Assembly (NCBI GenBank): GCA_965219335.1
Contig: CBDCNG010000005.1
Coordinates: 121,992-185,991 of the forward strand
Source of the DNA: Leeuwenhoekiella sp.
Lineage (GTDB): Bacteria; Bacteroidota; Bacteroidia; Flavobacteriales; Flavobacteriaceae
DNA: 64,000 bases
Direction of reading: 5' to 3'
Each line of letters opens with the position of its first letter. The first letter of the stretch is position 1. A program made the translations under genes and the position numbers. Of this stretch, positions 61,061 to 64,000 are shown piece by piece. The notes under the pieces are model-generated. The model made no database searches, was not told the DNA's origin, and saw nothing but the letters and a program-made list of their open reading frames with translations.

Positions 61061-61750
61061 TTGGCTTTTAAAAAGATAGCAGTGCTGACCGGCGCAGGTA
61101 TAAGTGCCGAAAGCGGCCTTAAGACATTTAGGGATGATGATGGGCTTTGGGAAGGTCATGACGTTATGACCGTCGCCACGCCAGAGGGTTGGAAAGCAGA
61201 TATGAACCTCGTGCTTGATTTTTACAATCAGCGCCGTAGGCAGTTAAAAACCGCTTTGCCCAATGCGGCACATTATGGGTTAGTGCAATTGGAAGAAATA
61301 TATGAGGTAACCATTATTACCCAAAATGTAGACGATCTGCATGAGCGTGCCGGGAGCTCAAATGTGCTGCACCTGCATGGTGAACTTTTAAAAGCCAGAA
61401 GCAGCGTTGACGATAACCTGATCATAGATTGGCCGGGCGATATCCTCATTGGCGATCTCTGTATAAAAAACAGCCAATTGAGGCCACATGTGGTCTGGTT
61501 TGGTGAGGCCGTGCCTTTGCTCGATATGGCCGCTGAAAAGGTTGCCGAAGCGGATTATATAATTATCGTGGGCACCTCAATGCAAGTATATCCCGCGGCG
61601 GGATTAATAAATTATGCAAAAGCAGGTTCAGAGGTCATTTTTATAGATCCGCAGCCCAATGTAAGGCCGCAGACAAATCTTAAAATCATAGACAAAAAAG
61701 CTGGTGAGGGAGTGCCTATTGTGGTTGCCCAGCTTTTGAAGCATACTTGA
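61061..61750 (+). CDS. cobB: SIR2 family NAD-dependent protein deacylase (CobB-like)
   Basis: GAGISAESG, TQNVDDLHERAG, LHGE, RPHVVWFGE, GTS. Confidence 0.9.
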   Translation: MAFKKIAVLTGAGISAESGLKTFRDDDGLWEGHDVMTVATPEGWKADMNLVLDFYNQRRRQLKTALPNAAHYGLVQLEEIYEVTIITQNVDDLHERAGSSNVLHLHGELLKARSSVDDNLIIDWPGDILIGDLCIKNSQLRPHVVWFGEAVPLLDMAAEKVAEADYIIIVGTSMQVYPAAGLINYAKAGSEVIFIDPQPNVRPQTNLKIIDKKAGEGVPIVVAQLLKHT

Positions 61751-62192
61751 GCCTCGCCCCCTTTGCCCAGTCAACAAGCATTGTGGTCTGCTCAGGGCTT
61801 AATTTTGCATCGTGGTGTATCAAGGTATAAGACGATAGTGGCATGCTGTGGTGTCCTACCATCCCTACAACGTGTTTTAATTTATCATCTTTCCGTTTGG
61901 CCGAATAATTATTCCACGCTGAGAAGTTAAGGTGGTGCTTGCCTTCCACAATATGGCCGTTTAGAAAAAATGAGACCGGGGCCACGTTATTATACCAGGG
62001 ATAATCGGTCTGGTCAGTGTGACAATCATAACAAGCTGTTTTTAAAATACCCTGCACCTGCTCACTGGGACCTGTTTCGGCCAGAAAAGGTTTTAATGTT
62101 TCATAACCTCCGTTATTTCGCTCAGGGCGAAAAAATTGAATGATAATCAAAGCGATGAGCGCCACTATCAAAAATCGTTTAAACCAGACCAT
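61716..62192 (-). CDS. Haem-binding domain protein (Haem_bd)
   Basis: N-terminal anchor, ACYDCH, YPWY, HLNFS, MPLSSY; 35-bp convergent overlap with cobB. Confidence 0.88.
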   Translation of the reverse strand: MVWFKRFLIVALIALIIIQFFRPERNNGGYETLKPFLAETGPSEQVQGILKTACYDCHTDQTDYPWYNNVAPVSFFLNGHIVEGKHHLNFSAWNNYSAKRKDDKLKHVVGMVGHHSMPLSSYTLIHHDAKLSPEQTTMLVDWAKGARLKYASKAGQPQ

Positions 62193-62449
62193 ATTGCAAT
62201 TTTAACCGAAAACTACAAAAAAAATGAAATTCATAACCGCAAATTTATGAAAAGTACTTTTTCTTAAAGCAGTAAAAATACAAATTTGTTTAAACCAAAC
62301 GCTTTGTTAATATACCTATCATAGATTTTACATATAATGTGCAAAACTGATAATTCCAAATATCAACCCCCGGTAACTGGTAAATCCAATAATCTTCACT
62401 TGTCAACCCACAGCAGGAACGTATATTTGCTATTAAATCAAATATTACC

Positions 62450-63793
62450 ATGCCACTATCTCCACTTGAAGCCATCTCGCCTATCGATGGGCGCTATCAT
62501 AAAAAAACCGAAGCTCTTGCGCCCTATTTTTCTGAAAAAGCGCTTATAAAATATCGCTTACGCGTAGAGGTTGAATATTTTATCTCGCTTTGCGAGCTCC
62601 CTTTACCGCAGTTAAAAGAAGTAGATCATGGAATTTTCGGTCAACTTCGGTCTATTTATCTTGATTTTACCTACGAAAACGCCCAACAAATAAAGGATAT
62701 AGAAAAAACGACCAATCATGATGTCAAAGCGGTCGAATATTTCATAAAAAAACGTTTTGATGACCTAAAACTTGAAAAATACAAGGAGTTCATCCATTTT
62801 GGACTTACCTCTCAGGATATTAACAATACGGCCATACCATTAAGCCTTAAGGAGGCGGTAGAAGATGTTTATGAGCCTCAGATCAATGCATTGCTCGATA
62901 TCCTCAGACAGCGTGCCGAAGAATGGAAAAACGTATCTATGCTTGCCCGCACCCATGGCCAGCCAGCTTCTCCCACCCGTCTGGGTAAAGAGGTCACCGT
63001 CTTTATAAAACGGTTGGAAGAGCAGTTGCAGTCCTTAAAAGTCGTTCCGCACGCGGCCAAATTTGGTGGGGCTACGGGTAATTATAATGCCCATCACGTT
63101 GCCTATCCGGAAATAAACTGGAAAGCCTTTGGTAACAATTTTGTAGAAAAAACGCTAGGTCTGCATCACTCCTATCCTACCACGCAGATTGAGCATTATG
63201 ATCATCTCGCAGCGCTCTTTGACAATCTCAAACGCATCAATACCATAATCATTGACCTTGACCGCGATCTCTGGACTTACATTTCGATGGACTATTTTAA
63301 ACAAAAGATCAAAAAGGGGGAAATTGGTTCTTCAGCAATGCCGCATAAAGTCAATCCCATCGATTTTGAGAATAGTGAGGGCAATCTGGGTCTAGCCAAT
63401 GCCATTTTTGAACATCTAGCCGCAAAACTGCCCATCTCGCGTATGCAGCGCGACCTGACTGACAGCACCGTTCTGCGGAATATTGGAGTACCTCTGGGGC
63501 ATACACTAATCGCATTGCAAAGCACCATTAAAGGGTTTAACAAGCTTTTACTCAATACGCAAAAGTTTGAAGATGACCTTGACAATAACTGGGCGGTCGT
63601 TGCAGAGGCCATCCAGACCATTTTGAGACGGGAAGCTTATCCCAATCCTTATGAGGCACTCAAGGGACTTACACGTACAAATGCTAGGATCACAAAGCTA
63701 AGCATAGCAGATTTCATAGAAACGCTTGAGGTTAAAGAAGCCGTCAAAAAAGAATTGAGAGCGATTACACCTTCTAATTTTACAGGTATTTGA
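62450..63793 (+). CDS. purB: Adenylosuccinate lyase
   Basis: SPIDGRY, TNHDVKAVEY, RTHGQPA, GSSAMPHKVNPIDFEN. Confidence 0.98.
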   Translation: MPLSPLEAISPIDGRYHKKTEALAPYFSEKALIKYRLRVEVEYFISLCELPLPQLKEVDHGIFGQLRSIYLDFTYENAQQIKDIEKTTNHDVKAVEYFIKKRFDDLKLEKYKEFIHFGLTSQDINNTAIPLSLKEAVEDVYEPQINALLDILRQRAEEWKNVSMLARTHGQPASPTRLGKEVTVFIKRLEEQLQSLKVVPHAAKFGGATGNYNAHHVAYPEINWKAFGNNFVEKTLGLHHSYPTTQIEHYDHLAALFDNLKRINTIIIDLDRDLWTYISMDYFKQKIKKGEIGSSAMPHKVNPIDFENSEGNLGLANAIFEHLAAKLPISRMQRDLTDSTVLRNIGVPLGHTLIALQSTIKGFNKLLLNTQKFEDDLDNNWAVVAEAIQTILRREAYPNPYEALKGLTRTNARITKLSIADFIETLEVKEAVKKELRAITPSNFTGI

Positions 63794-64000
63794 AAAAATA
63801 TCTGAGGCTATAAGACAGCCCATTTTTGCTTATGCCATCTTATTAAGATAAGTAGGAAACCATGGCGCTTACCGATCTTATGATGGAGGGCTAACCTGAT
63901 CTACAGTATATTCCGAAAGGTCATACACCCTAGACATTTACTTTAAAAACGATTAAGAGGAGTTTCTTGCAGGCCTGGATGGGATCATAGGGACTCGTGA

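Noticed and set aside
61061-61750. SIR2 gene as an anti-phage (Thoeris/DSR-type) effector
   Set aside because: Short stand-alone CobB-type deacylase with canonical motifs, among housekeeping genes, with no partner domains
750-63621. Numerous 60-160 aa ORFs antisense to or overlapping confident genes (e.g. 2600-3082, 14360-14848, 21538-21984, 23584-24063)
   Set aside because: Shadow ORFs of well-supported CDSs with no independent motifs
63800-64000. Possible CDS end on the minus strand at the right edge
   Set aside because: All frames are interrupted by stops within about 25 codons and no motif is recognisable
1-64000. tRNA, rRNA, riboswitch, IS or prophage features
   Set aside because: None recognised by eye in any intergenic region; a tRNAscan/Infernal/ISEScan run would be needed to exclude them formally

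Overview
Core-genome-type window from a Bacteroidota, most likely Flavobacteriaceae, chromosome. Support: TAnnTTTG -7 promoters, a T9SS type-B cargo/PorP/OmpA locus, and Flavobacterial-style gene orders. The genus cannot be assigned from sequence alone. It carries about 48 genes. Housekeeping: gyrA, clpC, purL, purB, priA, nadC, rlmH, rpsF-rpsR-rplI, a DEAD-box helicase, TrmH/RsmB methyltransferases and CobB. Also present: a MarR-led fatty-acid beta-oxidation operon, trehalose synthase/phosphatase plus MscS, and a large T9SS surface protein with its PorP and OmpA partners. I found no rRNA, tRNA, CRISPR array, transposase, integrase or prophage gene. The unexplained structure is mostly non-coding. 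(1) Two consecutive intergenic regions of the beta-oxidation operon are filled by inverted arms built from 7-nt-periodic repeats. One pair loops out a four-helix-bundle (IVP/Avd-like) ORF; the other is empty and has a different repeat unit. (2) Four 22-bp palindromes at an exact 29-bp period sit over the promoter of a SatD (cyclase-like palm + HTH) / DUF3307 membrane-protein pair. (3) A 14-bp palindrome GCTTTCGCGAAAGC recurs in coding and non-coding DNA, HIP1-like. (4) There are dispersed REP-like repeats, two single-base frameshifts (thiolase, T9SS cargo; possibly sequencing errors) and a deletion that fuses two decayed genes near 60.6 kb.
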